Source: Octopus bimaculoides (Eukaryota). Taken from it: a DNA stretch of 42,211 nt. Location: positions 79,351,623-79,393,833 of the forward strand of contig NC_068990.1 of NCBI RefSeq assembly GCF_001194135.2, written 5' to 3'. Numbering within the stretch: position 1 is the stretch's first letter; each line of letters opens with the position of its first letter. Position numbers and translations under genes: made by a program. This document shows, in pieces, positions 11,454 through 22,800 of this stretch. Under the pieces are notes generated by a model. The model saw only the letters and a program-made list of their open reading frames with translations, made no database searches and was not told the origin of the DNA.

Positions 11454-11479
11454 GTCTGTCTCCCAAGATAGATAGATAA

Positions 11480-11530
<51 letters not shown>
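11398..11530. repeat. (CTAT)n then (GATA)n, opposed tetranucleotide arrays
   Basis: Direct reading. The two arrays are mutually complementary. Confidence 0.9.
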
Positions 11531-11532
<2 letters not shown>

Positions 11533-12194
11533 AGCATATGGACCAATACATGCAAACAGAGAGAGAGAGAGAGGGAAAGAGAAAGAGAGACGGATGAAGA
11601 GACCGGTTGATAAACTCATAGATAGACACATGGATTAAAGACAAAACGTAATAATATGAATTCCACCTGATGAGGTGCATACAACCTCCCACACATCACA
11701 ATTTGAGTCGTTAGTGCGGTTGTTTTTCCGTATTGAGTTGGCAGAATCGTTAGAGAGAGTTAGGTTAATATACCACTGGCCTTTAGTGTTCTCGGTCCAG
11801 ATTCTGCCACGGTCCATTTGTCCTTCCAACCAACTGCGAAAGGTATTTTAGAAGACGGATTTCTAATATACAGGGAGAACATCGCAAATCCTTCGACCAC
11901 TCTCGTCTACGAACTTTCTGTTCCTGGGTAGAACAAAATCACCAACATTGCCAATATGATATTCAGAAGAATATGTACACAAACTTCTGTTACGTTATGT
12001 CCACTACCAGTGAAAATCTAACGTTTCTGGTGCTAACTCTTCCTTCTCTCCAAAATCTCCGATTAGGTTGGAAATGTTAAAGAAATTCGAACTCGGAACC
12101 CTATCACCGAGATTATTCAAACTAGTATACAATAAAACTCTTTAGTCATTTTGTTCGTAATTTATGGGTATTCACCGTAAGAAAAAGAAATTCA

Positions 12195-12278
12195 TGTCAG
12201 AAGTGGGATTCGAACCCACGCCGGGAAAACCCGACTGCGACCTGAACGCAGCGCCTTAGACCGCTCGGCCATCCTGAC
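12195..12278 (-). tRNA. tRNA-Leu(CAG), variable-loop variant TTTT
   Basis: Identical to the 10679 copy except one base in the variable loop. T5 terminator downstream. Confidence 0.95.
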
Positions 12279-13035
12279 TATGAGGTACTTAATCTTTACT
12301 TTAGAATATAACTGGAGAGATGTTGGCGTGGGCTCCCACCCCGGCATCCGAAACTCGGAGTTTTATCATGGCTACCGAATAAGTGTCGATATTATGCAAA
12401 TTCCTCTATTTGCATAATATCGAGGTCTCTTTCTTTCTTTTGTTGTCCTTCCTATCAATATATATATAGCTCTTCGAAACGCCGGTGTTAAAACGGAGGT
12501 AGCTGATGAAGTAGAATGTTCTCTATGTGGCTTGTGTGTTTTCGCGTCTCTGTTTTGTTTGCAATGTCCTGTACCCAGATATGCACCTATACATACAGGT
12601 GGATGTCGGTATGCACATACCTGTACGTATATATGCATATACTCATTTACTATNNNNNNNNNNNNNNNNNNNNNNNNNNNNNNNNNNNNNNNNNNNNNNN
12701 NNNNNNNNNNNNNNNNNNNNNNNNNNNNNNNNNNNNNNNNNNNNNNNNNNNNNNNNNNNNNNNNNNNNNNNNNNNNNNNNNNNNNNNNNNNNNNNNNNNN
12801 NNNNNNNNNNNNNNNNNNNNNNNNNNNNNNNNNNNNNNNNNNNNNNNNNNNNNNNNNNNNNNNNNNNNNNNNNNNNNNNNNNNNNNNNNNNNNNNNNNNN
12901 NNNNNNNNNNNNNNNNNNNNNNNNNNNNNNNNNNNNNNNNNNNNNNNNNNNNNNNNNNNNNNNNNNNNNNNNNNNNNNNNNNNNNNNNNNNNNNNNNNNN
13001 NNNNNNNNNNNNNNNNNNNNNNNNNNNNNNNNNNN

Positions 13036-13066
<31 letters not shown>

Positions 13067-13532
13067 CAATGTGTGTATATGTATATAGGTATGCATGTAT
13101 GTATATATCTATGCGTGTGTGTTTCGGCGTTTGTGTTTGTCTCCTCCTTCACCACACCAACACCACCACCACTGATAACCGGTGCTGGTTTGTTTACGTT
13201 TAGCGGTTCGGCAAGACAGGCTGAGAGAATAAGTACCAGATTTTAAAAAGCAGATACCGGTTTCAACTGGTGGTGAGGGACAAGCACAAGACTTAGGTGC
13301 TGTTTCTGAAAGATCGACCTAACAAGGGCTAATCCGTAATCTCTGATGTATTCGTGACAACAGATAAGAGAGTATAATCCGAATTGATGGAGTGGTAATG
13401 GATGAAGACTCACAGAAAATTCAAACAACTCGATGGGCTTACACACCACTGATATACATATCTAGTTTACTTTACCTTTGGTGAAAAAAAATTATGTTAA
13501 AACCAAAATTATGAAGAATAAAAGAAGCGTCT

Positions 13533-13616
13533 TGTCAGAAGTGGGATTCGAACCCACGCCGGGAAGACCCGACTGCGACCTGAACGCAGCGCCTTAGACC
13601 GCTCGGCCATCCTGAC
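13533..13616 (-). tRNA. tRNA-Leu(CAG)
   Basis: 84/84 identical to the 10679 copy, inverted orientation. Confidence 0.97.
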
Positions 13617-13968
13617 AGCTGACAAATTTATGTGATTCAGACTTAGTCTTACATGAGAGCGAGATGAGCTGATTACATTACTTTTCTCTCTTTTTCTTTC
13701 TCTCTCTCTCCTTCTCTGTTACTCTCTCTTCTTTTTGTGTCTCTCTTTCACTCTCACGTCATATGCATACCATCTGTTTGTCTGTCTCTCTTTCCCCTCT
13801 CCTTCCCTTTCTCTTTATCTATCTATCTCTCTATCTATCACCCATCATCTATCTCTCTCTCTTTCTCTCTATACCTCTCTCTCCATAAACGCAAGACAGC
13901 ATATGACTCAGACTTACAAGCATATGAGTATATGTGGGTGTGTATGTATGTTTGTATGCATATATGTA

Positions 13969-13971
<3 letters not shown>

Positions 13972-14043
<72 letters not shown>
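13972..14043. repeat. (GT)n microsatellite
   Basis: About 35 uninterrupted units. Confidence 0.95.
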
Positions 14044-14046
<3 letters not shown>

Positions 14047-14667
14047 TACGTTATGACCCAACTTCTTGCGATTTTATTGCAAGGGAGGTAATCCACTCCC
14101 TTCACCATCCTAACCATAATTACTGAACGGCGTTCAATTGGTCGGGTATAAGTTCAAATCACTCCGATATCAGACCTGCCTTTCATGATTTCCAGGTCAA
14201 TGAAATAATGTCCCAATTGATATTTTGCCTGTTGTGTTTGTGTTTGCGGGCAAGAAAGAAACCAACGTGCAGACCATTGACTGTGTCTGCTTTCTATGGC
14301 CGCCGACTGACGGGATTCGTTTAGCTTTTGTGCTGGCTTTCAGTTAAAATTCCGCTGAGATCAACTTTACTTTCCATCCATTCGCTTTGGATGAAACAGA
14401 GTACCAGACAAATACGGAGTGGGGGGGGGGTCAATATAGTCGACTTGTCCCCCTTCCCCAACCCCGCCGTCTATGTTGCGAGCCTTGAATACTAAGACAA
14501 AACGGCGTCCCGATCAGAATGTTGTAACCCCGGTCTCTAATGCCTTGCAAAACATCGGGTAACCGGACTTATCACTCATGGGTCTCTCTATCTCTCTCTC
14601 TCACTCACTCTCTCTCCTTATCTCCCTCTCTAACTCACTCTCTTTTTCCCCTCTCATTCACTCTCGC

Positions 14668-15044
14668 TATGTATGTATGTATATATGTATGTATGCATGC
14701 ATACATGCATGTATTCATGTATGCATGCATGCATGTATGTATGTATGCATGTATGTATGTATGTCTATGTATATATGTATGCATGTATGTATGCATGCAT
14801 GTATGTATGTATGCATGTATGTATGTATGTCTATGTATATATGTATGCATGTATGTACGTATGCATGTATGTACGTATGTATGCACGTATGCATGCATGT
14901 ATGTATGTATGTATGCATGCATGTATGTATGTAGGTATGTATGTATGTCTGCATGCATGTATTCATGTATGCATACATGCATGTATGCATGTATGTATGT
15001 ATACATGTATGTATGTATGCATGCAAGTACGTATGTATGTATAT
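14668..15044. repeat. Degenerate (TATG/CATG)n array with an internal 66-bp higher-order duplication
   Basis: TCTATGTATATATGTATGCATGTATGTA recurs at 14764 and 14830. Confidence 0.9.
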
Positions 15045-15540
15045 GTGCAGATTTGTTTGTTTTGTTTTATCTATGTATTCTCGTGCATATAGTTACATAT
15101 ATTAAACATGTTCATATATATTTAAATGATAAACTTCTGGAAAGTTTTACAGATTTTAACAGTTCCAGTGATGGATTGCATCTATAGTCTTCGAATTAGC
15201 TTTCTCCTTTCTGGTTTTGAGAAGCCTAATTTCTCAAGATAGGTATTCAGACAGTGTGCTACATATCCCAGGGCCCCAATAATTACAGGTATAAGCCTGA
15301 ACTTGTAATCTGGATAGAGTAACTGCAGATTTCTCAATAGTTCAGCATAGGTGTTCTCTTTTTCATTGATCTTCAGCTTTATGTTCATCTCCGCTGGGCA
15401 GGTAATTTCCACAACTGTACACAGTTTCTCTTCTCCATCCCAAATCATTATATCAGGTCTGTTGTGCTTACATTTTATTGAGGTCTTCACTGGGACATTC
15501 CACCAGTACTCCTTTTCATTATGAGTGGCTATGGCTTAAG
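15045..15540 (-). mobile_element. 5'-truncated R4/Dong-like non-LTR retrotransposon (restriction-like endonuclease domain), pseudogenised
   Basis: WWNVPVKTSIKCKHNRPDIMIWD..LCTVVEITCP..KENTY..IPVIIGALG: the PD..(D/E) RLE motif. Internal TAG at 15182, real ORF end at ~15122, then 3' UTR. Confidence 0.85.
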
Positions 15541-15849
15541 TATGTATGTATGTATGTATGTATGTATGTATGTATGCTTGCATGTATGGTACATTTATAT
15601 AAATACCTTTATTTCTTTAGAAGGATCGCTAAGAAAAAAAAAAGTATGTATGTGTGTGCATGCGTGCGTGCGTGCATGTGTGAGTGTGTGTGTGTGCGTG
15701 CGTGCGTGTGTGTGTGTACAGACTAGACGTTTGTGTTTGAGTATGTGTCGTCGTGTATGTATGAATGCGTGTATATAACCATATATGTTATGTGTGCATA
15801 TGCATGTAGCCCCCCCCACCACCACCACTCCCGCGCTAATTTATTTTGA

Positions 15850-16420
15850 AAGCTGAAACCTGGTTGGAGCGCTTGTAACAAGATTCCTCTAAAGTCTACA
15901 TCCCAAGCTACCACGTTTTGGTTCAACATCTACAGACATTGTGTGCAACACCTGGATCCGTCATCAGATTAATGTCGGTGATGAGGGTCTCCGTAAGCAC
16001 AACAGAGTCTCTAGTTGTTTCGGGGCCTAATGAGAGACACCCTCATCCAGACTTTGGTTGATGAAGTCAAGATCTGGGTCCGAGCAGCATCCTGCTGTCC
16101 TCCCATTGATTACTTCTTTTCACCCAGAGATATTTCTATGAATTTATCAGAAGCCTTTACGTTGTTCTTGATGGTGCTTCTACTCAGTCCTGTAATGTCC
16201 AGAATTCCATGCGCCTTATCCAGAAATGGTCTTTCGATCCTCAATTGTCAAGTTCCACGAGCAAGCACCAAGTTCTCCACTCATTCTTGCGGCAGTCCTC
16301 CACCAGTATCTGACACTTAGCTCTTTTCTTCTTGTCTACCTCTTCCATTGTCTCCACGCAGGCTACAGTTTTGTTTTTTCCTAACTTCAAGACAATTAGC
16401 TGCCTTGTTCTTATTAACTG
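15850..16420 (-). mobile_element. HERO/NeSL-like RLE non-LTR retrotransposon 3' remnant
   Basis: ETMEEVDKKKRAKCQILVEDCRKNEWRTWCLLVE...YLWVKR resembles ERKxAKYxxLVxxCxxxGWxxxCxPVE...WLWxKR. Contains stops and frameshifts. Confidence 0.65.
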
Positions 16421-17360
16421 TTCACTGGGAAGACATCTATAGGTGTCTGCTATGAAAGACAATTATTTATTAATTATTATTGCTACAAATATGTTACTTC
16501 TATCAATCTCAGAATGAGTCCAACTAATTTCAAGTAAATTATAATTTTTAAAAAGTTCTTAAATTCGAAAGATGTAACAAAGTGATTCGTAAATGTTTAT
16601 TCAAGGGAAGTAACTTTAACGCAAGTCACTTCCCCTTACAATCAGGGCTTTCTTGAAGTAATTAAATTGAAATACTGCGAAATCGGGTCCAAGGAACCTC
16701 TTGAAGTAGCTTTTAGGAAGCTTTACTTAGCTTTTCTATGTAAGGTACTCAGAGGAGCACGATAGTATCATGGTATTTGTGCGTACCTGTAAAATTGCCG
16801 AGAAAAAGATAAAAAGGTGGAGAAGGAATGAAACGAGGCGACTTAGGATTATATTTAACTCCAAAATGATACAAACTTTTTGTTCCTATATCTGATTAAA
16901 AACGAACTAAATAAAAATCTGAGCATCCACAGCATCCAATCCGTTTTAGTGCACATCAACACTATATTCAAAAAGTTCATTATTCTTTTAAACAGTTTGT
17001 GGCGATCATACTTGACAATTCCTCTTTTGGGGGAATCGGTTAAACCAATCTCGCTCGAGCCTGTGAGATTCTAGTGATAGATTGTATTTTTCATTCAAAA
17101 ATATCCAATCAAATTAATCACACTTTTTAATTATGTAATCTACTGAGAGCTCAGTAGACTTTCATAAGGGTTTTAGGCCGAGAGAACACTTGAAACGACG
17201 AGCTGTGTTAACGGGGTTTTTGTAAAAACGTTAGTGAAAAATTGAAAATTGTGAAAATTGTTATTGTTGAATATTGCATTGCTGAACACTTGTTTAAGCT
17301 GTTTTACGGCTGAGTTGTTTTGCTCTGTTCCCCTTTTGTAGGGGGCTGCGTAGTTTCATC

Positions 17361-18240
17361 ATGTACAACTGTGAGATGAAAGTGGTGGTCTTCCAAGCCA
17401 CTTGCATGGCCCATAAGAACTGGCAGTGGCAAGAACTAGAGTTATTAATTCAAGCCACCCCAGAGGACATCGGAAATATAATTGAAACCATCACTGCGGA
17501 AGATGTAGTACTGAAGGTTAAAGTGGAAAGCAGAATCCCTAGGTGTTATCAATGTGGCCCAAAGGGTCATATTAGGGTTAACTGCCCCTCACCACCCGCT
17601 GACACCAAAGCCAAAAAGGATACCGCACCTCCGCCTCCACCAGAAACCAACACGGAGACAACACCAAAGGATATAAGAGAAGAAGGATGGGAAAAGATGG
17701 AAAAAAGGAGAAAAAAGGAAGACACANNNNNNNNNNNNNNNNNNNNNNNNNNNNNNNNNNNNNNNNNNNNNNNNNNNNNNNNNNNNNNNNNNNNNNNNNN
17801 NNNNNNNNNNNNNNNNNNNNNNNNNNNNNNNNNNNNNNNNNNNNNNNNNNNNNNNNNNNNNNNNNNNNNNNNNNNNNNNNNNNNNNNNNNNNNNNNNNNN
17901 NNNNNNNNNNNNNNNNNNNNNNNNNNNNNNNNNNNNNNNNNNNNNNNNNNNNNNNNNNNNNNNNNNNNNNNNNNNNNTAACAAATGAAAAACTGTCAACC
18001 GAAATCAAAAGCTGGGAAAGCACAACATTGGTAAATGTTTGGAATGAAATCCCAACGCATTTGGGAGGTGTAATAATCGAGACAAATGATAAGAAGAAAT
18101 TGGAGAAGTTCGAGGACCAGGTGAGATACGTTGAAATAAAAATAGACAAAAAAGAAACTCCTTTTATGATAAGTGCACCAAATTTGAATACGAATTTGAA
18201 TATTAATGTTTCTGAATACTTTAAAAGTAATCAAAAGTGA
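17361..18240 (+). mobile_element. gag-like ORF1 of a non-LTR retrotransposon with CCHC zinc knuckle (spans a gap)
   Basis: CYQCGPKGHIRVNC (CX2CX4HX4C) followed by Pro-rich and Lys-rich tracts. Interrupted by N 17727-17977. No ORF2 follows. Confidence 0.7.
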
Positions 18241-19692
18241 AACGATGGCGCTCGGATGAGGGGTCGAGCGTCTTCTTTACATCTCACACTTTCATACGTT
18301 TTTCACCTACCCACATGTTTGTCTTGTCTTGTATTGTCCTTTCTGTATTTCGCCCCTTAAGGGTAATAAAGAAATAGTAAGGGTTTCAGACGTTATGCAT
18401 TTCATTTTTTTTTTAACGGTAGAGTACATAACTTAAGGGATTTAGCTACTGTTTCTAGTAAGTTAGGCGACAAATGACTTCGACATGTGAATTAATCATT
18501 TATATTTTTTGAATTTTTCCATCTAATTTCCATGATTTTTTTTGTTTCCTGACTGAGTTCTTCCCACAATTTTTTAGATAACAATATTTCTGCAGTTATT
18601 TTTCTCAAATTTTCGCATATTTTTCAAAAATGTAACAATAGTTGAATGGCTTCTACCGCCTCTAATTCGGCATAATTACAAAACTTTTTTGTTACTAAAA
18701 ACACACTCGTTTCTAAAGTAGTTTTTAAAAAAAGTACCTACAATCTGAGACATTTCATTAAAATTAGGAGGGACACATTTTTAGTTTACACCGTCACACT
18801 TGATAACGTTTCTGGTCATTGTTATAGAAAACGAAAATCGCTTTTATAAATTAAATTAAGCTTCCCACTGAGACCCCATATCAATTGGCAATACAGCCGT
18901 GACCATCCCATCTTTTATTATTTTTCAGACAGTATATCTCGGATTACGTTATCCAGTGTCCTTTGCTAAAAACAGTTTGAATTATTAAACTGTGCTTTCA
19001 GCTGAAAGACTCAGTAACGTTGCTTTCATTGTTATACAAGAAAGGACGTTTAGCCCCAGGTCATCCCTTATCGAAACAAGCTTATGATCAACGGTGGTCC
19101 TGTCTAATTTTCACGCCCAATACATACAGGATCACGCTATCCAATATCTCATTCGTTTTGAAAGACGGTGTGACGAGGTAGGTTTGGTTGCTATTTCTAG
19201 CAAACCAAGCGATCACGTACAGGTTTTCTTTGGTTGAGTTTACCCCTCTCCCCAAATATATTTGTTGTTAAAAGAAAACCTTGTTTGAACCAATAAGATT
19301 TATATATATTTAAATTTAAACTAAAACTGAATATCAATCATGTATAAAATGAAAATTACAAGTAAATTATTATTACTTTTTTTTTTGTTTTTGTAAAAAT
19401 AAATTAGAGTAAGAGACAATTGTTAGGTCGAAAAACGAAATCGACGGATTTAAATAAAGGATTTGGCAAGTTTACCAAAAAGAAAACCCAGTTAGCAGTT
19501 ACAAAGTTATTAAAAGACTAAAACAACACAAAAAAAAACCCTTTTAAAATATACCTAATATATATGGAAATAATTAAAATACTGAAGTAATACCAAATTA
19601 TTTTAAAATATACAAATACGCGACGAAAGTAAAGGAAAAGCCATAAGCGTAATGAAGCTAAGAAGGGGACCAGCTGAAAGCGTGGGACTTGA

Positions 19693-19748
19693 TTTCCCGC
19701 GCCGAACTGAAGCCGGTGATATCACGTGACCAGGTTTCATTTTCAGTT
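19693..19748 (+). promoter_or_regulatory. EED proximal promoter: E2F site, E-box, Inr-like motifs
   Basis: TTTCCCGC(G) at 19693-19701, TCACGTGA at 19722-19729, TCATTT 19737-19742 and TCAGTT 19743-19748, in a locally CpG-richer patch just before the ATG. Confidence 0.65.
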
Positions 19749-19763
19749 GTTGTTGTTGTCAAG

Positions 19764-19850
19764 ATGTCGGACAGTGAAGGAAGCAGCACGTTGTCCAGTT
19801 CGAAACGGCCCAGACATTCTTTGTCTCAGGATGGATCTGGCGATGACAAT
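19764..19850 (+). CDS. EED: EED exon 1 ([29 protein letters not shown])
   Basis: ATG in aagATGt context, GTATGT donor at 19851, phase 0 matches exon 2. Low-complexity N-terminus, so supported mainly by splice signals and promoter context. Confidence 0.85.
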
Positions 19851-22800
19851 GTATGTACAATGTTAAACACAACACAATCATGATTTACCTGTTTCTTCTT
19901 TTCCTAAAGAGATTTTCTCTCAAACTTTCTCCCTCTTTACACACACGCTTCAACTAATATACAATAAACCTCTCCCTCTGTCTATTATAGACACACATAT
20001 ATGTGTGTATATACATAATTTTATATATATATATATATATATATGTATATACATACGTACATTTTTATATAAATAAGTGTTAGCGTCTGCTTACACACAC
20101 ATCGCATGGTTTGTTTTTAAGTCTTCATTTCTTTATTTAATCTTAATTTTCTTTTTCCTTTTATTACTTTTCTGTTTTGAATATCTTCTCTGACATTAAG
20201 AATTACGAAAGAGTATCTTTAATCACTAATGTCTCGGTAAAAGGCTGAAGGCCAACTAAACGATGCGGTTCCAAATCCTGGTTATTCGTGTTTTTCATTG
20301 TTTTGTGAAAAGAACCATTGTGCTCATTCCAACATTTGTCGTCTTCAATTTGAATTTTAATGTTTAAAATGTTATTAATACAGTAAAGGAGAGGAAACTG
20401 ATTCAGGCTTTTTAGATAATTTGGTGTTCACTCCCTCTCTCACATAAATTCGTCTTGTGTTTAATCTCCATCATTATTATATTGTCACCAAGGTCGACTT
20501 TACCTCTCATCCTTTCGGGGTCGGTTAAATAAGGGCTAGTTGAGCACTGAGGTCCATATAATCGACGTACCCACTCCTCCAGAATTCCAGGCCTTGTGCG
20601 TAGAGTGGAAAAATCGGATCTTGTGAATTTTCCGAAAGTCCCCTCCCACAGGGTCATGAGCCTTTTTTTTTTTTTGCATTTTCGTTTTCTACATACTTGT
20701 TAACATCCACCAGGCTGGTTTGTTTCTTTTTTGTTCCCGGTTGAAGATATTTATATTGACCGATTATTATGCAGTCACTAAATCTGCTATAAATATTCTT
20801 TTCTTCTCTAGACACAAGGCCCGAAATTTTGGGGGAGGGGGCCAGTCGATTAGATCGACTTCAGTACGCAGCTGGTACTGAATTTATCGACCCCGAAAGG
20901 ATGAAAAGCAAAGTCGACCTCTGCGGAATTTAAACTCAGAACGTAAAGACAAACAAAATACCGCTAAGCATTTCGTCCGGCATGCTATTAAATCTGCTAT
21001 AAAGAGTAACCAACTCTCCCTTAAATCGCACCGCAAAGGACACATTAGATAATGTAGTCCAAGTGGGCCTACTCCGTCGTGACTGACCTATGTTTAAAAA
21101 CTAACAAAATTATTTAATACAAAGGAAAGGTGCTTAGTCTAGGACAAACGGGTCTATGGAGGTTTCGACTTCTTTATGTTTCATTTATGTCTCTGTTTCC
21201 ATTACATTAAAACATCTTCATTTTTTATTTTCACCTCAAATATCTGAGGTTCCATAAGATTTTATAAAACAAGAATAAGTTTGTCCTAGTCGTATTAAAA
21301 TTTTTGACATGTCTCGCATTAAGCTGAAGAAATTATTACCAAATATTTTGGATCCATTTGAAACCTTGTTCAATCCCCGCTAGTCTTAGCTTCACAAAAC
21401 CAGATCTTTTGATTGTCTTAGAATTTTGTTTTTTGAGAAGAAATTTAACCAAAATTCTTCATAGTTTCAAAATCTCTTGTTGAAGTTGTCACTAATTATC
21501 TCCCCTCTTTACTAACTTTCTGTCAGTTTTTTTTTTCTGTAGAAACTTCCTCTCTCTCTCTCTCTCTCTCTCTCTCGCCCGGATGAGAAAACACTTCAGG
21601 CTAACTTCCACTACAAGCAGTATAAGTCCATTTTTCCATGCTTGCATGGGTTGGGGGTGAGTCGCCTTCACGATAGCATCTGGCCACTTGTTGCAGTCGC
21701 TTTGTTCAGCTTCCTGAGATAAAACTTCAACCACTTCTTCCTCTTTTGCTTTTCCTCTTCCACTGTTCCTTTCTATTTTGATTGATTGATGCTTCATGTC
21801 CTCATTTTCCCCCTTTACACCTCAAATATTCAGACCAACGCATTTTTCTTACTAATAAGCTTTACATCTGATTCAACCCAATTTTTGTCTGTGCTTCTAC
21901 CATTCATGTACTCTAACCTTTTACATCCAGCGAAGCATGCTTGCCTCCTTCTTGTCGTCCCTTTTCACATTTTCCATAATCCCCATATTCTAATGCCATA
22001 CACCCCTAATACTATCTATTCTACAATTGGAGAAAAGAATTCCTTTGTTATGAACAGAATTAATAATTCTCTGAAAAATGTCCACGCTTTGCTTACTCTA
22101 TCATGTCTTTGCAACTCTCTGTCATTGCTTATTTTGGAACCGAGGTACTGGAAGTTATCAACAGCTTATACAGAATTTGAAAGAATATATTTTTCAAATG
22201 CTGGTGTTATTTAAAAAGCACCCATACTAGTTCCTCCTATAAAATTCTTGTACTGGTTCCAAGTATAAAAAACTTGTACTGGTGCTGTGTAAAAGCACCC
22301 AGTTCACACTCTGTGAAGTGGTTGGTGTTAGGAAGGGCATCCAGCCATAGAAACCAAGCCAAAACAGAGAACTGGAGCCTGGTGCAGCTCTCTGGTTTGT
22401 CTGCTCCTGTCAAACCATCCATTCGGTGCCAGCATGGAAAATGGACATGGAATCATGATGGTGATTTTACTGCTAATTATTCCTGTATCATCATCATTTA
22501 GCATCCGTTATCCATCCTGGCATGGGTTGGATGGTTTGACCAGGGCTGGCAAGGCTGGAGGGCTGCACCAGACTCCAGTCTGATTTAGCATGGTTTCATC
22601 AGCTGGATGCCCTTCCTAATGCCAACCACTCCAAGAATGTAATAGGTGCTTTTATGTGTCACCAGCACAGGTGCCATTTGCATGACACCAATATCTGCCA
22701 CAATAGCTTGATGGGTCTTAAGCATGACATAATGCCAAAGGTCTCAGTCATTGCCTCATCCTCCTCAAATCATTCCTTACTGTCTTGGAAGTTGGTTCCA

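Noticed and set aside
14540-15092. Stacked 100-215 aa ORFs rich in MYVC/HTYI (similar at 1852-2200, 4538-5217, 11440-11692, 13735-14126)
   Set aside because: Translations of microsatellites that lack stop codons.
16700-16800. Possible minus-strand acceptor (TTTTACAG) followed by an ATG, suggesting a divergent gene
   Set aside because: The frame closes quickly, with no homology and no partner exon.
19689-19763. In-frame upstream TTG/CTG/GTG codons, reminiscent of the non-AUG N-terminal isoforms of mammalian EED
   Set aside because: They overlap the E2F and E-box motifs and lie upstream of the Inr-like sites, so they are probably not in the mRNA. Revisit only if 5' RACE places the start before 19716.
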